Shown: positions 1-9,978 of the stretch, one piece after another
How positions within the stretch are numbered: the first letter of the stretch is position 1
Layout of the letters: each line of letters starts with the position of its first letter
Assembly (NCBI GenBank): GCA_964639235.1
Contig: CAZXDN010000006.1
Span: 7,477 to 71,476, forward strand
Reading direction: 5' to 3'
DNA length: 64,000 bases
From: an uncultured Methanotrichaceae archaeon
GTDB taxonomy: Archaea; Halobacteriota; Methanosarcinia; Methanotrichales; Methanotrichaceae
Notes under the pieces: model-generated
Told to the model about the DNA's origin: nothing
Databases searched by the model: none
Seen by the model: only the letters and a program-made list of their open reading frames with translations
Position numbers and translations under genes: made by a program

Positions 1-191
1 GCCAATCAGGAAGCGGGCCCGTGGAACTGCCCCTTGCCGCAAGGACTGCAGCAGGTCTGGGCATTCTCCTGGGAGCAGCAGGGATATCCATGATCTATAT
101 CTCAAGGAAGAAGGAATCCAATAACGGCTCTTCTGGCAAAGATGGCAGCAAAGACTCCAGAACCAGGATACAGAGAAAGAAGGGCGCATGA
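1..191 (+). CDS. 3' end of an ORF entering from the window edge; probably the small membrane component CbiN of the cobalt transporter (partial)
   Basis: The frame is open from nt 3 to TGA at 189-191 (...ELPLAARTAAGLGILLGAAGISMIYISRKKE...RKKGA*). It encodes one hydrophobic helix plus a basic tail. Its stop overlaps the next start as ATGA (188-191). It sits directly upstream of cbiQ/cbiO. It is absent from the ORF track because no start codon lies in the window. Confidence 0.4.
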   Translation, partial: QSGSGPVELPLAARTAAGLGILLGAAGISMIYISRKKESNNGSSGKDGSKDSRTRIQRKKGA

Positions 192-952
192 GCCTTGAGC
201 TGTACTCAAACCAGAGGTCGCCGATATGCGACTGGGATCCCAGGGCGAGGATGGTCTCATTGACTGCGCTCATGGTCTCCATAGTCACGCTTCAGAGCTT
301 GGCTCTGGCAGCATTTGGGTTGGCCATATCCCTGGCGGTCCTCGTCATATCCAGAATTCCGCTGCGCACTGCTTCCAGGAGCCTCAAATGGCCGCTGATG
401 TTTCTCCTGCCGTTTCTCTTTATCTTGCCCTTTACTGTGGAGGGGACTGCTGCCGCATCTATCTCAGTCTTCAATGTCAGCCGTGAGGGGCTGTTCATGG
501 GGCTCTTAATCTTCACCAAGGGCATAGCTGCACTGATCTTGGGGTTGACGATGCTGGGAAGCGCTCCCTTCTATGCACACGCAATGGCTTTGAGAGACCT
601 GCATCTTCCAGATCCCCTGGTCCAGATCTTCCTCTTCACATATCGCTACATAGACCTCCTGGGACAGGAGCTGAGCTCCACATTTCGCTCTCTATCATCG
701 CGGGGGTTCGAGAGCCAGTCGAGCGCTAGGACTGCCAGGGTGATGGGCAGCGCTCTTGGGGCCCTTCTTCTCAGGAGCATGGCTCGATCTGAGAGGATGT
801 TCTTTGCAATGGCCTCAAGGGGCTATGAAGGAAAGCTTCCCGGAAGCAGGGCTGGGGAGATGATGAGGGAAGACTGGATCAAGTCCTTGCCACTGGTGGG
901 AATAGCTCTGACTTTGCAGGTTTTAGGGGTGATGCAGTGGGTTGCTCCGTAG
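188..952 (+). CDS. cbiQ: Cobalt/ECF transporter transmembrane (T) component CbiQ
   Basis: A 254-aa polytopic membrane protein. It has two Arg-Gly signature-like motifs typical of CbiQ/EcfT (FRSLSSRGFE, AMASRGYEG). It is ATGA-coupled to the upstream ORF and is followed by an ABC ATPase. Confidence 0.8.
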   Translation: MSLELYSNQRSPICDWDPRARMVSLTALMVSIVTLQSLALAAFGLAISLAVLVISRIPLRTASRSLKWPLMFLLPFLFILPFTVEGTAAASISVFNVSREGLFMGLLIFTKGIAALILGLTMLGSAPFYAHAMALRDLHLPDPLVQIFLFTYRYIDLLGQELSSTFRSLSSRGFESQSSARTARVMGSALGALLLRSMARSERMFFAMASRGYEGKLPGSRAGEMMREDWIKSLPLVGIALTLQVLGVMQWVAP

Positions 953-1887
953 AGGCGAATGCTGCAGAGGTGAATGTCCCTATGGATATCATAGAGCTGG
1001 GTGCCACAGAATCGAACGCTATAGGATCGAATATTGTACAGCAGAGTATTATGGGATCAAATGCAATTGAGGTGAAGGACCTCAGCTACAGCTATACAGG
1101 AGACGCTCTGGCGCTGGATGGGGTCTCATTTTGCCTGAGGCAAGGCGGATCTCTGGCGCTCCTCGGGCCAAACGGCGCTGGAAAATCGACTCTTCTCCTG
1201 CACTTGAATGGGCTTCTCTCAGGAAAAGGCGCTGTCAGAGTGATCGGAAGGAAAGTGGCAAAGGAGAACCTCTCCTGGATCAGGAAAAGGGTGGGCATGG
1301 TCTTCCAGGACCCGGACGATCAGCTGATCATGCCCAGCCTCTGGGAGGACGTGGCGTTTGGTCCCAGGAACCTGGGGCTCTCAGAGGAAGATGTGAAGAG
1401 AGATGTCCTCTGGGCGCTGGAGGTGGTAGGACTCTCAGAGCTGTCGCAGAGGGCTCCGCAGAGCCTGAGCTTCGGGCAGAAGAAGAGAGCTGCTCTGGCA
1501 ACAGCGCTTTCCATGAGGCCGGAGATACTGGTCCTGGATGAGCCCACATCCAACCTGGACCCGAGGTCCAGGAGGGAAGTGGTGGAGCTTGTGAGAAGAT
1601 TGCAAAAAGGCGGCACAACGATCGTCATCTCAACTCACGACGTGAACCTGGTGCCTCTCCTGGCCGACGAGGTTCTCCTTCTCAACCGCAAGGTGGTGCT
1701 GCTGGGATCGGTCAGGGATGTTCTGGCCAGAAGAGATCTTCTTGAGGGATTAGGCCTTGAGATGCCACTGCTGGCAGATCTCTTCGAGACACTTCGGGAT
1801 GACGGCATTTACAGAGGGCCGACACCTTTTACCAAAGAGGAGGCGCTGGATGCAGTCAGGGATCTTCTCGAAAAAAACCGCTTATAG
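937..1887 (+). CDS. cbiO: Cobalt/ECF transporter ATP-binding protein CbiO
   Basis: Walker A GPNGAGKST, ABC signature LSFGQKKR, Walker B ILVLDEPTS and H-loop STHD are all present. The GTG start at 937 overlaps the cbiQ end. The true start may be an internal Met just before IEVKDLSYSY (about nt 1051). Confidence 0.9.
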   Translation: MGCSVEANAAEVNVPMDIIELGATESNAIGSNIVQQSIMGSNAIEVKDLSYSYTGDALALDGVSFCLRQGGSLALLGPNGAGKSTLLLHLNGLLSGKGAVRVIGRKVAKENLSWIRKRVGMVFQDPDDQLIMPSLWEDVAFGPRNLGLSEEDVKRDVLWALEVVGLSELSQRAPQSLSFGQKKRAALATALSMRPEILVLDEPTSNLDPRSRREVVELVRRLQKGGTTIVISTHDVNLVPLLADEVLLLNRKVVLLGSVRDVLARRDLLEGLGLEMPLLADLFETLRDDGIYRGPTPFTKEEALDAVRDLLEKNRL

Positions 1888-1966
1888 GATGAATTTTGCC
1901 TTTTAAGCTGCGCTCATTTATCAGCCTGGCTGCAGTTAATTGCCACCTGGAAAAAAGAGAACGCCA

Positions 1967-2845
1967 TCAAGCTGCAATCTTGATGTAGTCGTTCCTGAGA
2001 GTCAGAGCCGTCCTGTAAACAGGTCCTACATAGCTCTTCTCTTTAGAGTCCTTACCTCTCTCCAGATCTTTAAGCTCCACCACGCGGGAGTCAAGTCCAG
2101 TGTCTGCCCTGATCAGCCACTCAGTAAGCTCAGTGGAGTCTTTGAGGTCCAGCTTGACCTTGCCATCCTTGTCTGTGACGCAAGTTAGCTTGGTGTCATT
2201 TCCTATCTTCTCAGCAGTCACTGTGACGTTATCAAAGGGCTCACCGTAATAGAGCACCTGGAACTCAAACTCGCCATCGCCCACTGTTGTGATGTTGTCA
2301 AGGGGAACTATCTCAAATGCCTGCCCTATGGGCTTGGAGGCAAGAGAGAAATCTGCGTTGGGGGCTGCCACGAATGCCTTGGCATAGCAGTACTTGGGGT
2401 AGGACCTCTCGACGTACCAGTCGTCAGCCCATCCTGTGGTATTCAGATCGCTCCAGTTGATGTCTTCTGCGTACTGGTGCTCCCAATATCCCGTCGCAGG
2501 TGGATTGGTGATGAAATGAGTCCAGGAACCCTCTGTATGGTACAGGTCGATGATGTATAGCCCTGTCTCGTCGGCGTCGAAGTCGTAGAGCTTCCAGAAG
2601 CCATTTTCGGGCGTCTTCTCATCTAGTGTGTGGTTTCGCACAGCTCCTGATTGTCTGATGACCTTCACATAAGCGAAGCCTTCGGGCAGCTCAGTAGACG
2701 TTGTATTGTGGCCGCTTCCTATTGGCAAAACGACAGTATCCCCAAGGTCGGACCATCCTGAGATTGGCCTCAGGATAGTCTCATGGGCGTTCGCTGCTGC
2801 AGAACACAGTAGCAACAGAGCAAATGCAGTTATCAATTTACTCAT
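1967..2845 (-). CDS. Secreted DUF4198-type (CbiK/NikK-like) periplasmic Ni/Co-binding protein
   Basis: It has a signal peptide (MSKLITAFALLLLCSAAANA) followed immediately by His (HETILRP), as in DUF4198 metal-binding proteins. It is beta-rich and lies next to cbiQO. The family call is from memory of the pattern. Confidence 0.55.
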   Translation of the reverse strand: MSKLITAFALLLLCSAAANAHETILRPISGWSDLGDTVVLPIGSGHNTTSTELPEGFAYVKVIRQSGAVRNHTLDEKTPENGFWKLYDFDADETGLYIIDLYHTEGSWTHFITNPPATGYWEHQYAEDINWSDLNTTGWADDWYVERSYPKYCYAKAFVAAPNADFSLASKPIGQAFEIVPLDNITTVGDGEFEFQVLYYGEPFDNVTVTAEKIGNDTKLTCVTDKDGKVKLDLKDSTELTEWLIRADTGLDSRVVELKDLERGKDSKEKSYVGPVYRTALTLRNDYIKIAA

Positions 2846-3220
2846 ATATTGTCACATCTTTGTATGCCTTAAGTAATACCTGATATTTAAAAATTGCTAA
2901 TCTCGGTTTAAAAATGCCGTCTCAAGATGAATGATCTGCACCTGAAGATTGGATTTGTTGTTATGATCTCACAGCAGTTCAGCGATGCAGGAGAGCGTCT
3001 GGCGCATGATGCATTTTTGAGCAGTACATGGTCAGCAATCATGTCACGGAGATCAAGGCCAGGTGGGCCTGGCAAGAGTGCATCAAAAATGCGATATTGC
3101 CCGCCAGAAGCGATCCGGCTGGCTTATTATGAGGATTTGAGACTATGCATGGATGCTCTTCATGGTCGCATCGCCACAGGTAGAATTTCTGATAAAGCGA
3201 CCTTCAGTCCAATTTAAGGT

Positions 3221-3688
3221 TCAGATGGAAGCCTGATGGAAATTTTCGGTTGTCCAGCTCCTTATCTCATCTCTCACTTGCCTGAAGGCGCTGAGCTGCT
3301 CTTCTTTAGATCCTTTTGCGACAGCCGGATCTTTGAAAGTTTTATGGATGGCCTTTTTAGCAGCAGGAGCCGTGGCCGGAGCCTTGAGGCTTACCCCGCA
3401 TACTGGGCACGCTTCTTTAGCCTTATCGCAAACTGTGACAGCCAGATCGAATAGAACGCCTCGATACTCGTCCATACTTTTTGAGCGCTGGCCAGATATA
3501 TCGATTCCAATTTCGTTCATGACCTCAACAGCGCGAGGATCGACCTTTGTTGATTTGATCCCGGCGCTGTGAACTTCATACCTATCTCCATACAAAGCCC
3601 TCAATAATCCTTCTGCCATCTGAGACCTGGCAGAGTTGTGGTAGCAGATGAAGAGAACCTTCGCTTTATCCTGAGCTTGGGACGCCAT
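3221..3688 (-). CDS. arsC: Arsenate reductase / low-molecular-weight protein-tyrosine phosphatase family
   Basis: It carries the CX5R(S) P-loop VLFICYHNSARSQMAEG, a downstream Cys pair (TVCDKAKEACPVC) and a DP motif. The ATG at 3688 is preferred over the TTG at 3709. Confidence 0.8.
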   Translation of the reverse strand: MASQAQDKAKVLFICYHNSARSQMAEGLLRALYGDRYEVHSAGIKSTKVDPRAVEVMNEIGIDISGQRSKSMDEYRGVLFDLAVTVCDKAKEACPVCGVSLKAPATAPAAKKAIHKTFKDPAVAKGSKEEQLSAFRQVRDEIRSWTTENFHQASI

Positions 3689-3868
3689 AGTCTTGCCTCG
3701 GCAATCCAATCTCAGGTTCTATCTATGTATCCTTTGGGTATGTAGAATATGTAGATATCAAATCTATTCTGATCATCAGGCCATGTTGTGATGATGGCAG
3801 GACTATATTTAAAATATGAGTTGAGCGATAGTACAGCAATTGCTATCTACGTGTGGGAGGGATACGAG

Positions 3869-6800
3869 ATGCACTTGACAACTTCAATAATAAGATTGAT
3901 CCCCATGATGATTCTAGTGTTTTTTCTCATTGCCAGTTCATCTGGGACAGAAGAAAGGACATCTAAGCAGATTTTAATTCTGGCCTCTTATAATCCTGGA
4001 TTGAAATGGACAGATTCCATAGGAAGCGAGATAGAAAACCAGCTGTCCATATACTATCCCACTGCCCAATTTGTTTTTGAGTATATGGATGCCAAAAAGC
4101 AGTCTCCCACTGAAGTTCGGCTTGAAGAGCTAAAGGAGTTATATCAAAATAAGTTTAAGGATCGCCATTTCGATGTCATAATCTCTTCTGACGACGATGC
4201 GTTCCAGTTCTTGCTCGATCGCAGGGACGATCTGTTTCCAGGAGTGCCAGTGGTTTTCTGCGGAGTGAACTTCTTCAAAGACGAGATGCTATCTGGCAAG
4301 AAGGGCTTTACAGGGGTGGTCGAAGCCTTCGATATGCCGGATACCATCTCGCTGATGCTAAAACTGCACCCAAAAACGAGACAAATCGTCATAGTAAACG
4401 ACAGGACAACTACTGGTAAGGCCAACAGGGAAGTCATGAACCAGACGCTTCCCAAATTTGGCAAGAACGCCAGCTTTGCTGTCTGGGATAACATGACTGC
4501 GGAGGAGCTGCAGAGAAATGCTTCTTCTTTACATGAGGGCAGTCTGATCTTTCTCTTGAATTACAATCGTGACAGAGAAGGAAAAGTCCTCACCCATGAA
4601 GAGAGTGCATGGATTCTGAGAAGCGCAAGCTCTGTTCCAATTTACGGCACGCGAGACGTCTACATGGGCTTTGGCGTGCTAGGCGGAGCAATAACCACAG
4701 GGCCAGTCCAGGGAAGCCTGGCAGCAGACCTGGCGCTTCGAATACTGATGGGCGATTCTGCAGATGAGCTCCCTGTAATAAAAACGCCGCCCAACTATTA
4801 CATGTTCGATGTAATTGAGCTGCGCCGCTTTAACATCAGCCTCTCAGATCTTCCTTCTGAGAGCATATTCATCAATCAGCCCTTTGGGGCACAATCAGAT
4901 CTCAGGAATAGGAACTTGAGCCATCTGGATCTGTATGGATATAACCTCAGCCAGTCTAACTTGCACGGGACAAACCTCAGCTTCTCTAATCTAAGCCGTG
5001 CTTCATTGAGGCGGTCTGACCTGTCCAGTGCCAGGCTTGTGAGGGCTAATCTCAGCTATTCGTACATGGCTGATGTCGATTTGCATGGTGCTGACCTTAC
5101 AGAAGCCAATATCAAAAACACAGACCTCGCGAGAGCTGATATGAGGTCGTCGAACATCACCAGGTCAGATCTAAGCGGTGCCTGCCTCGACCAGGCGACG
5201 TTGAGCGAATCAACAATAAGAGAAGCGAACTTGGACAACACCTGTCAAGAAGGAACGAACCTGAGCTCGTGTGATCTGACCAGAGCAAGCCTGAGAAATG
5301 CATTCTTGAACAGGGCCCGGCTCCGGGACTCACTTTTGGTCGGGGCAAATCTGACTAATGCCAGCATGGTGGGAGGAAATATCATCGCCGCAAATCTCAC
5401 CGGTGCGGATTTATCCTGCGCAGATCTCTCAGAAGCTCGCATCTCGCGTGCGAACTTCTATGGCGCCAACCTAAGACGCTCTCGTCTCCTCTTCACGAAC
5501 CTAATCGGAGCTAACCTCAGCCATGCGGACATCTCCTTCTCAAACGTATCGGGCTCAGGCATCATGTTTTCAGACATCTCCCATGCCGATCTCCAGGGCA
5601 CGAGCCTGGTGGCTGTTTGGATGTTCAAGTCCGATCTAGTGGGAGCAAATTTGAGAAAGACCAACCTCAATATGGCTCACTTGAACGATTCCGACCTTTC
5701 AGGGTCCGACCTTAGGGAGGCAGATTTGACCAATGCAGATCTCTCTGGCGCGAACCTTACGGGAGCCGACTTAAGCGACGCCAGGCTGGTGGGAACGGAT
5801 CTAACCCTTGCGATTATAAATGGGGCTACGCTGAGACGGACTAGCTTGGTCGGATCCAAGCTCAACTGGGCAAAGCTGAGTGGAAGCAGCTTCACCGATT
5901 GCCAGTTCGCGAGGGCAGAGCTCTTTGGTGTTAAACTGAGCAACTCTGACCTGAGCGGTTCAGATTTCACCAGAGCGTACCTGACGAGAGCAAACCTTTC
6001 AGGATCCCGAATGAGGAACGCTGTCCTGGACCACACAGATCTCACGAGTGCAAACCTGAGCAGCGCGGATCTGAGCTTCGCCGATCTGGAGAACGTGTAC
6101 CTCAACGACGCTGACCTCTCGTCTGCCAACCTGACGGGGCTGCACATGGAGGCCTTCGACCAGAAGGGCACTGTCTGGAGGAAGGCGAACTTGAGGTCGG
6201 CCACCATGAAGACAGGAACCATCATGAACGAAGATTTCAGCGGTGCCGACCTGAGAAACGCTCATTTTGAGCAGATCTACATGAATGGCGCCAAGTTTAC
6301 TGGCGCAAACCTGAGCGGTGCTGAGTTTAATATGGCTGCCTTCGAGAATATCGACTTTAGCGGCGCAGACCTTCGGGAGGTCAAGTACGACATGGTAGCG
6401 CTCCAGTTCTTTGCCATGTCCAGGCTCGACGGCGCTCAGATGAGCCCAGACCTACGAGAAGACCTCGATCTGCTGCTATCTGCACAGACAAACGCCACTG
6501 AAGGCGGATCTGTTGAAGCAGGACTTGCTATCGGCAACATCAGCGATTCTGGGGCGGTTGAGCCCAAACTGGAGATCAAGTCTGTCGGGGCTGGCACCGA
6601 TGTACGCGGCGCGTCAGTTTTCAACCAATCTGAACTTAATATGGCGCTGCTCGATTTTGGCCCGATAGGCGATCACGGATGGACTTATGAGGCCCATATA
6701 GGTGCTGCCAGGATGGCTGAGGCCCTGCCATATGTCAACCTGACAGAGAGAGAGAACGTCGCAGGTGCCAACGCATCCCAGATCATCAGCGACTACGCAA

Positions 6801-7594
6801 GAGACGGATACGATCTGATATTCTGTCACAGCTATGACTTTGGAGATAATATCAGCGAAGTGGCAGCAAAATATCCCAATACCACCTTCATGTGGGGCGC
6901 AGGCGTAAGAAAGTTGGCGCCCAACGCAGGAACTTATTTTGGCAGAATGTACGAGGTCCAGTACCTTGCAGGAATCGTGGCCGGCGGAATGACCAAGGCT
7001 GACAAGATTGGGTTTAGCGCTGCAGTACCGATTTCTGAAGTTGTGAGGGGCATAGATGCCTTTGCCAGAGGAGTTGCAGTGTCAAATCCCGGAGCCAGGG
7101 TATATGTGGAGTGGATAGGAGGCTGGTATGACCCAGAGAACGAGACTAAGGCGGCTTCAACCCTGATAAGCAAAGGCTGCGACGTCGTGACTCACCATTC
7201 AGACTCCGACAGCACAGGAGCTGTGGCCGAGAATGCCGGTACATACTTCATATCCTTTGGCTCAGACCTGGAGAGCTCCACGTCCCATGTCTTCCTCACA
7301 GGTGCAATATGGAACTGGGAGCCTGTCATGGCCGACGTAGTTGAGGCGGTGCACAATGGGACCTGGGAGTCACAGCCTGGCCAGGACTGGTGGTATGGCC
7401 TGAAGGAGGGTGCTGTAGTGCTGGCGCCTTTGAGCTACCTGGTGCCAGACGATCTAAAAGCGCTGGTTGAAGTGAAAAAGAAGGCCATTGCCAGCGGCGA
7501 GATCGATGTCTTCCCAGGAATGAGCGATGAGGATCTGAGAGAGATCTACTACTTCGAGCCTAATGTGGTGGGAGATCTGCCAAAGAGAAGTTGA
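3869..7594 (+). CDS. Membrane-anchored multidomain protein: N-terminal TM, ABC_sub_bind-like solute-binding domain, about 500 aa of pentapeptide repeats, and a C-terminal BMP-family (PnrA/Med-like) solute-binding domain
   Basis: The ATG at 3869 follows GGGAGGGA. The TM helix is IIRLIPMMILVFFLIASS. KQILILASYNPGLKWTDSI resembles the sensor-type ABC_sub_bind N-terminus. From about nt 4970 to 6470 there is a continuous A(D/N)LxX pentapeptide pattern (ANLSGADLSDARLVGTDL...). The C-terminus (YEVQYLAGIVAGGMTKADKIGFSAAVPISEV...) matches BMP lipoprotein-family motifs. Confidence 0.8.
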   Translation: MHLTTSIIRLIPMMILVFFLIASSSGTEERTSKQILILASYNPGLKWTDSIGSEIENQLSIYYPTAQFVFEYMDAKKQSPTEVRLEELKELYQNKFKDRHFDVIISSDDDAFQFLLDRRDDLFPGVPVVFCGVNFFKDEMLSGKKGFTGVVEAFDMPDTISLMLKLHPKTRQIVIVNDRTTTGKANREVMNQTLPKFGKNASFAVWDNMTAEELQRNASSLHEGSLIFLLNYNRDREGKVLTHEESAWILRSASSVPIYGTRDVYMGFGVLGGAITTGPVQGSLAADLALRILMGDSADELPVIKTPPNYYMFDVIELRRFNISLSDLPSESIFINQPFGAQSDLRNRNLSHLDLYGYNLSQSNLHGTNLSFSNLSRASLRRSDLSSARLVRANLSYSYMADVDLHGADLTEANIKNTDLARADMRSSNITRSDLSGACLDQATLSESTIREANLDNTCQEGTNLSSCDLTRASLRNAFLNRARLRDSLLVGANLTNASMVGGNIIAANLTGADLSCADLSEARISRANFYGANLRRSRLLFTNLIGANLSHADISFSNVSGSGIMFSDISHADLQGTSLVAVWMFKSDLVGANLRKTNLNMAHLNDSDLSGSDLREADLTNADLSGANLTGADLSDARLVGTDLTLAIINGATLRRTSLVGSKLNWAKLSGSSFTDCQFARAELFGVKLSNSDLSGSDFTRAYLTRANLSGSRMRNAVLDHTDLTSANLSSADLSFADLENVYLNDADLSSANLTGLHMEAFDQKGTVWRKANLRSATMKTGTIMNEDFSGADLRNAHFEQIYMNGAKFTGANLSGAEFNMAAFENIDFSGADLREVKYDMVALQFFAMSRLDGAQMSPDLREDLDLLLSAQTNATEGGSVEAGLAIGNISDSGAVEPKLEIKSVGAGTDVRGASVFNQSELNMALLDFGPIGDHGWTYEAHIGAARMAEALPYVNLTERENVAGANASQIISDYARDGYDLIFCHSYDFGDNISEVAAKYPNTTFMWGAGVRKLAPNAGTYFGRMYEVQYLAGIVAGGMTKADKIGFSAAVPISEVVRGIDAFARGVAVSNPGARVYVEWIGGWYDPENETKAASTLISKGCDVVTHHSDSDSTGAVAENAGTYFISFGSDLESSTSHVFLTGAIWNWEPVMADVVEAVHNGTWESQPGQDWWYGLKEGAVVLAPLSYLVPDDLKALVEVKKKAIASGEIDVFPGMSDEDLREIYYFEPNVVGDLPKRS

Positions 7595-7782
7595 CTGCAG
7601 GTGATCTGAAGGGATGGCCGTGTGCCGGACATGGGCCTTCTCTATCTCAATGGACATAATGGTCAGAGTCCAAATAGCACGCAAATTTACGGCTGGCGCC
7701 TTCATGACCAAATACGAGCCGGGCAGGGAAGATTATAATAATTCGCCAGCGTAACGGCTCTCAGAGTTTCGGGTGTTGGGGA

Positions 7783-8817
7783 ATGAAAGTACACAATTGC
7801 GCTCCCAGGTGCGCTGCTACGCTCATTGCGCTATCTCTGGCTGCACTGCCTTTAATCATGCTATCTTTGACTGCAGGAACCGCTATTGCTGGAACAGAGG
7901 ACGGCAGCTTCTGTCCCGACTGCCCCGACTGGACAGATCTCGACGGCTGGATGGCAAAGAAGGAGGCTTACGAGATTGAGAAGAGCCCCCTGGTACAGGA
8001 GCATCCTTCTTTAGCCAACTCTTCAGGCGAAAGCGGAGAACGAGCACCTGTCGCAAAAGAAGATCAAGAGGGCTATCCAGTGCCTGAGATCTTCGCCGCT
8101 GTAGGATCAGCATCCTTTGATGGAAAGGTGCTTCTGGACTCCAGGTCCCCTGAGGAGTATTCAAGGGGCCACCTCCCAGGTGCGAGGAACCTTTACTGGA
8201 AGGGCATTCAGCGCTCTGGATGCCTCGATCCTGCTCTGGCGCAAGAGGCGCTTCGAAAGATAGGTGTCAACAGCTCTGACGAGATACTGATCTACGGAGG
8301 CTCCGACTCAGGTGCAGCTTACCTCTTCTGGGCTTTGAGCTACCTCGGACAAAAGGACGTAAGCAAGCTCAACGGCGGAATAGATGCAGCAGGATCAGAT
8401 CTGGACACGTCTTCTCCCAGTGTCGAAGAATCGAACTACACAGCAGAGGTCGTCCCCTGGCTCAGGGCCAGCAAAGGCGATCTTGAGTCTTGGCTGTCTG
8501 GAGACGATTTACTGAGCGAGGTCCAGATACTTGATGCCAGAGATTTCACGGATTTCGGCATATCCAGGCTGACAGAAGCTGCGCTGAATATCCCTGTGGA
8601 TAAGCTCTACGAGGGCGACTTCCTGGTGGCAGATTCCGGTGCCCTGGAAGATGTGTTCTCAGGCAGGGATTTAAGCAAGAACAAGACCCAGCTGGTCTAC
8701 GGAACGCCCCAGGCCTGCAGCCTGTTTTATTGCCTGAAGCTCATGGGGTACAACGCCACTCTGGTCGACGGAGACTGGTGGTCGAAGACCAAGTGGGCGG
8801 TAAACAGCATGCATTAG
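7783..8817 (+). CDS. Secreted tandem rhodanese-like domain protein (sulfurtransferase family)
   Basis: It has a signal/TM segment (AATLIALSLAALPLIMLSLTAGTAIAG). SRSPEEYSRGHLPGARNLYW is the typical rhodanese motif, and a second domain shows ILDARDFTDFG. I did not recognise a canonical CRxGxR active-site loop. Confidence 0.6.
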   Translation: MKVHNCAPRCAATLIALSLAALPLIMLSLTAGTAIAGTEDGSFCPDCPDWTDLDGWMAKKEAYEIEKSPLVQEHPSLANSSGESGERAPVAKEDQEGYPVPEIFAAVGSASFDGKVLLDSRSPEEYSRGHLPGARNLYWKGIQRSGCLDPALAQEALRKIGVNSSDEILIYGGSDSGAAYLFWALSYLGQKDVSKLNGGIDAAGSDLDTSSPSVEESNYTAEVVPWLRASKGDLESWLSGDDLLSEVQILDARDFTDFGISRLTEAALNIPVDKLYEGDFLVADSGALEDVFSGRDLSKNKTQLVYGTPQACSLFYCLKLMGYNATLVDGDWWSKTKWAVNSMH

Positions 8818-8849
8818 CAGGCCTTTTTATCGCCGTTCAACTTTTTGTT

Positions 8850-9818
8850 TTAAGTCCAATTATTTTCGGCTCCAATCAGGGCGTCTGTAGCAGCCTTTAT
8901 TGACCCCGCTGAGCTGTGCTTAGGCCTCCATCCGAGGTTTGAGATGGCCTTTATGTCCAGGAGCATGGCCTTCACATCTCCTCTCCAGCCGCGGCCGTCA
9001 ATACCTCCTGTGTACCTGTACTCAACATTGGAGAGCCCCATCTCGCCTGTCACAATATCAGCAATTCCAGTCACGTCAACCCAGTCGCTTGAGCCGATGT
9101 TGAATATGTTCACCTCTTCATCTGAGCCCTCGACGCAGGTGACCATGCCCTCCACGCAGTCCCTGACCTCCAGGTACGACTTGCGCTGCTCTCCCGACCC
9201 CAGGATCTCAAGGCTCTTTGGATTGGTGCGAAGCTTCCTCATGAAGTCCACTATGACCCCGTGAGTTCCGCGCTCTCCCACGATATTCGCAAAGCGGTAT
9301 ATCCAGGACTGCATCTCGAATGTGTGGCAGTAGGAGGAGATCAATGCCTCGCAGGCGAGCTTAGAGGCTCCGTAAAGCGATATTGGCTTCAGGGGCCCGT
9401 AGCTCTCAGGCGTTGGGACTACTGTGGCCTCGCCGTATACAGTCGATGTTGATGTGAACGCTATACTCTTGGTGCTCCCCTTTCTCATGGCCTCTAGCAG
9501 CCGGTATGTGGCCAGGATGTTCTGCTCAAGGTGGACGCTGGTGTTCTCGGCACCGAGCTTGACGTCAGGGTTTGCTGCCAGGTGAAAGACCATGTCCTTT
9601 CCTTTAAGCGCCAAGTCCAGGGCTTCTGAGTCGAAGATGTCGGCTTCAACTAGCTCGAATCCTGGATCTCTCAGGTGCTCGGAGATGTGCTCTCTCTTTC
9701 CTGAGCTGAAGTTGTCCAAAACCGTCACTGTGTTCTCTCTTATCAGGCTGTCTGCCAGGTGACTTCCTATGAAGCCCGCGCCGCCTGTGATCAGTATGGA
9801 TCTGTCCTTGAGGATCAT
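8850..9818 (-). CDS. NAD-dependent epimerase/dehydratase (UDP-sugar 4-epimerase-like SDR)
   Basis: Rossmann motif ILITGGAGFIGSHL and catalytic YGASK are present. The length of 322 aa fits the family. Confidence 0.9.
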   Translation of the reverse strand: MILKDRSILITGGAGFIGSHLADSLIRENTVTVLDNFSSGKREHISEHLRDPGFELVEADIFDSEALDLALKGKDMVFHLAANPDVKLGAENTSVHLEQNILATYRLLEAMRKGSTKSIAFTSTSTVYGEATVVPTPESYGPLKPISLYGASKLACEALISSYCHTFEMQSWIYRFANIVGERGTHGVIVDFMRKLRTNPKSLEILGSGEQRKSYLEVRDCVEGMVTCVEGSDEEVNIFNIGSSDWVDVTGIADIVTGEMGLSNVEYRYTGGIDGRGWRGDVKAMLLDIKAISNLGWRPKHSSAGSIKAATDALIGAENNWT

Positions 9819-9978
9819 CGAAGGTCCTGAAATCTTCGAAAAGATATACGTTGCCCTTAGACGCTGCCATTAGAGCTTCAGACGCCCTCAGAGCTTCAGG
9901 CCCTTGGCTTGTAGGGAGACGAAAATTAAGAAAGCTTAATATTATCCTGGCATCAGCTCAAATGGAGGAAGAAATAAT

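Noticed and set aside
2927-3217. A 96-aa ORF in the 375-bp gap between the DUF4198 gene and arsC.
   Set aside because: It has no SD, an unremarkable composition and no motif. I cannot support it as a gene, and the gap may simply hold the DUF4198 promoter.
4970-6470. Whether the pentapeptide region is a DNA-level tandem repeat or a CRISPR-like array.
   Set aside because: The periodicity is at the protein level (5 aa). Codons vary, and there are no conserved 25-40-bp direct repeats with unique spacers.
4144-6829. Many minus-strand ORFs (for example 5677-6225 at 182 aa, and 5999-6265) antisense to the pentapeptide-repeat gene.
   Set aside because: They are mirror images of the highly repetitive sense codons (Ser/Leu/Arg/Ala-rich, no motifs, no SD). 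They lie entirely inside a well-supported 1241-aa CDS.
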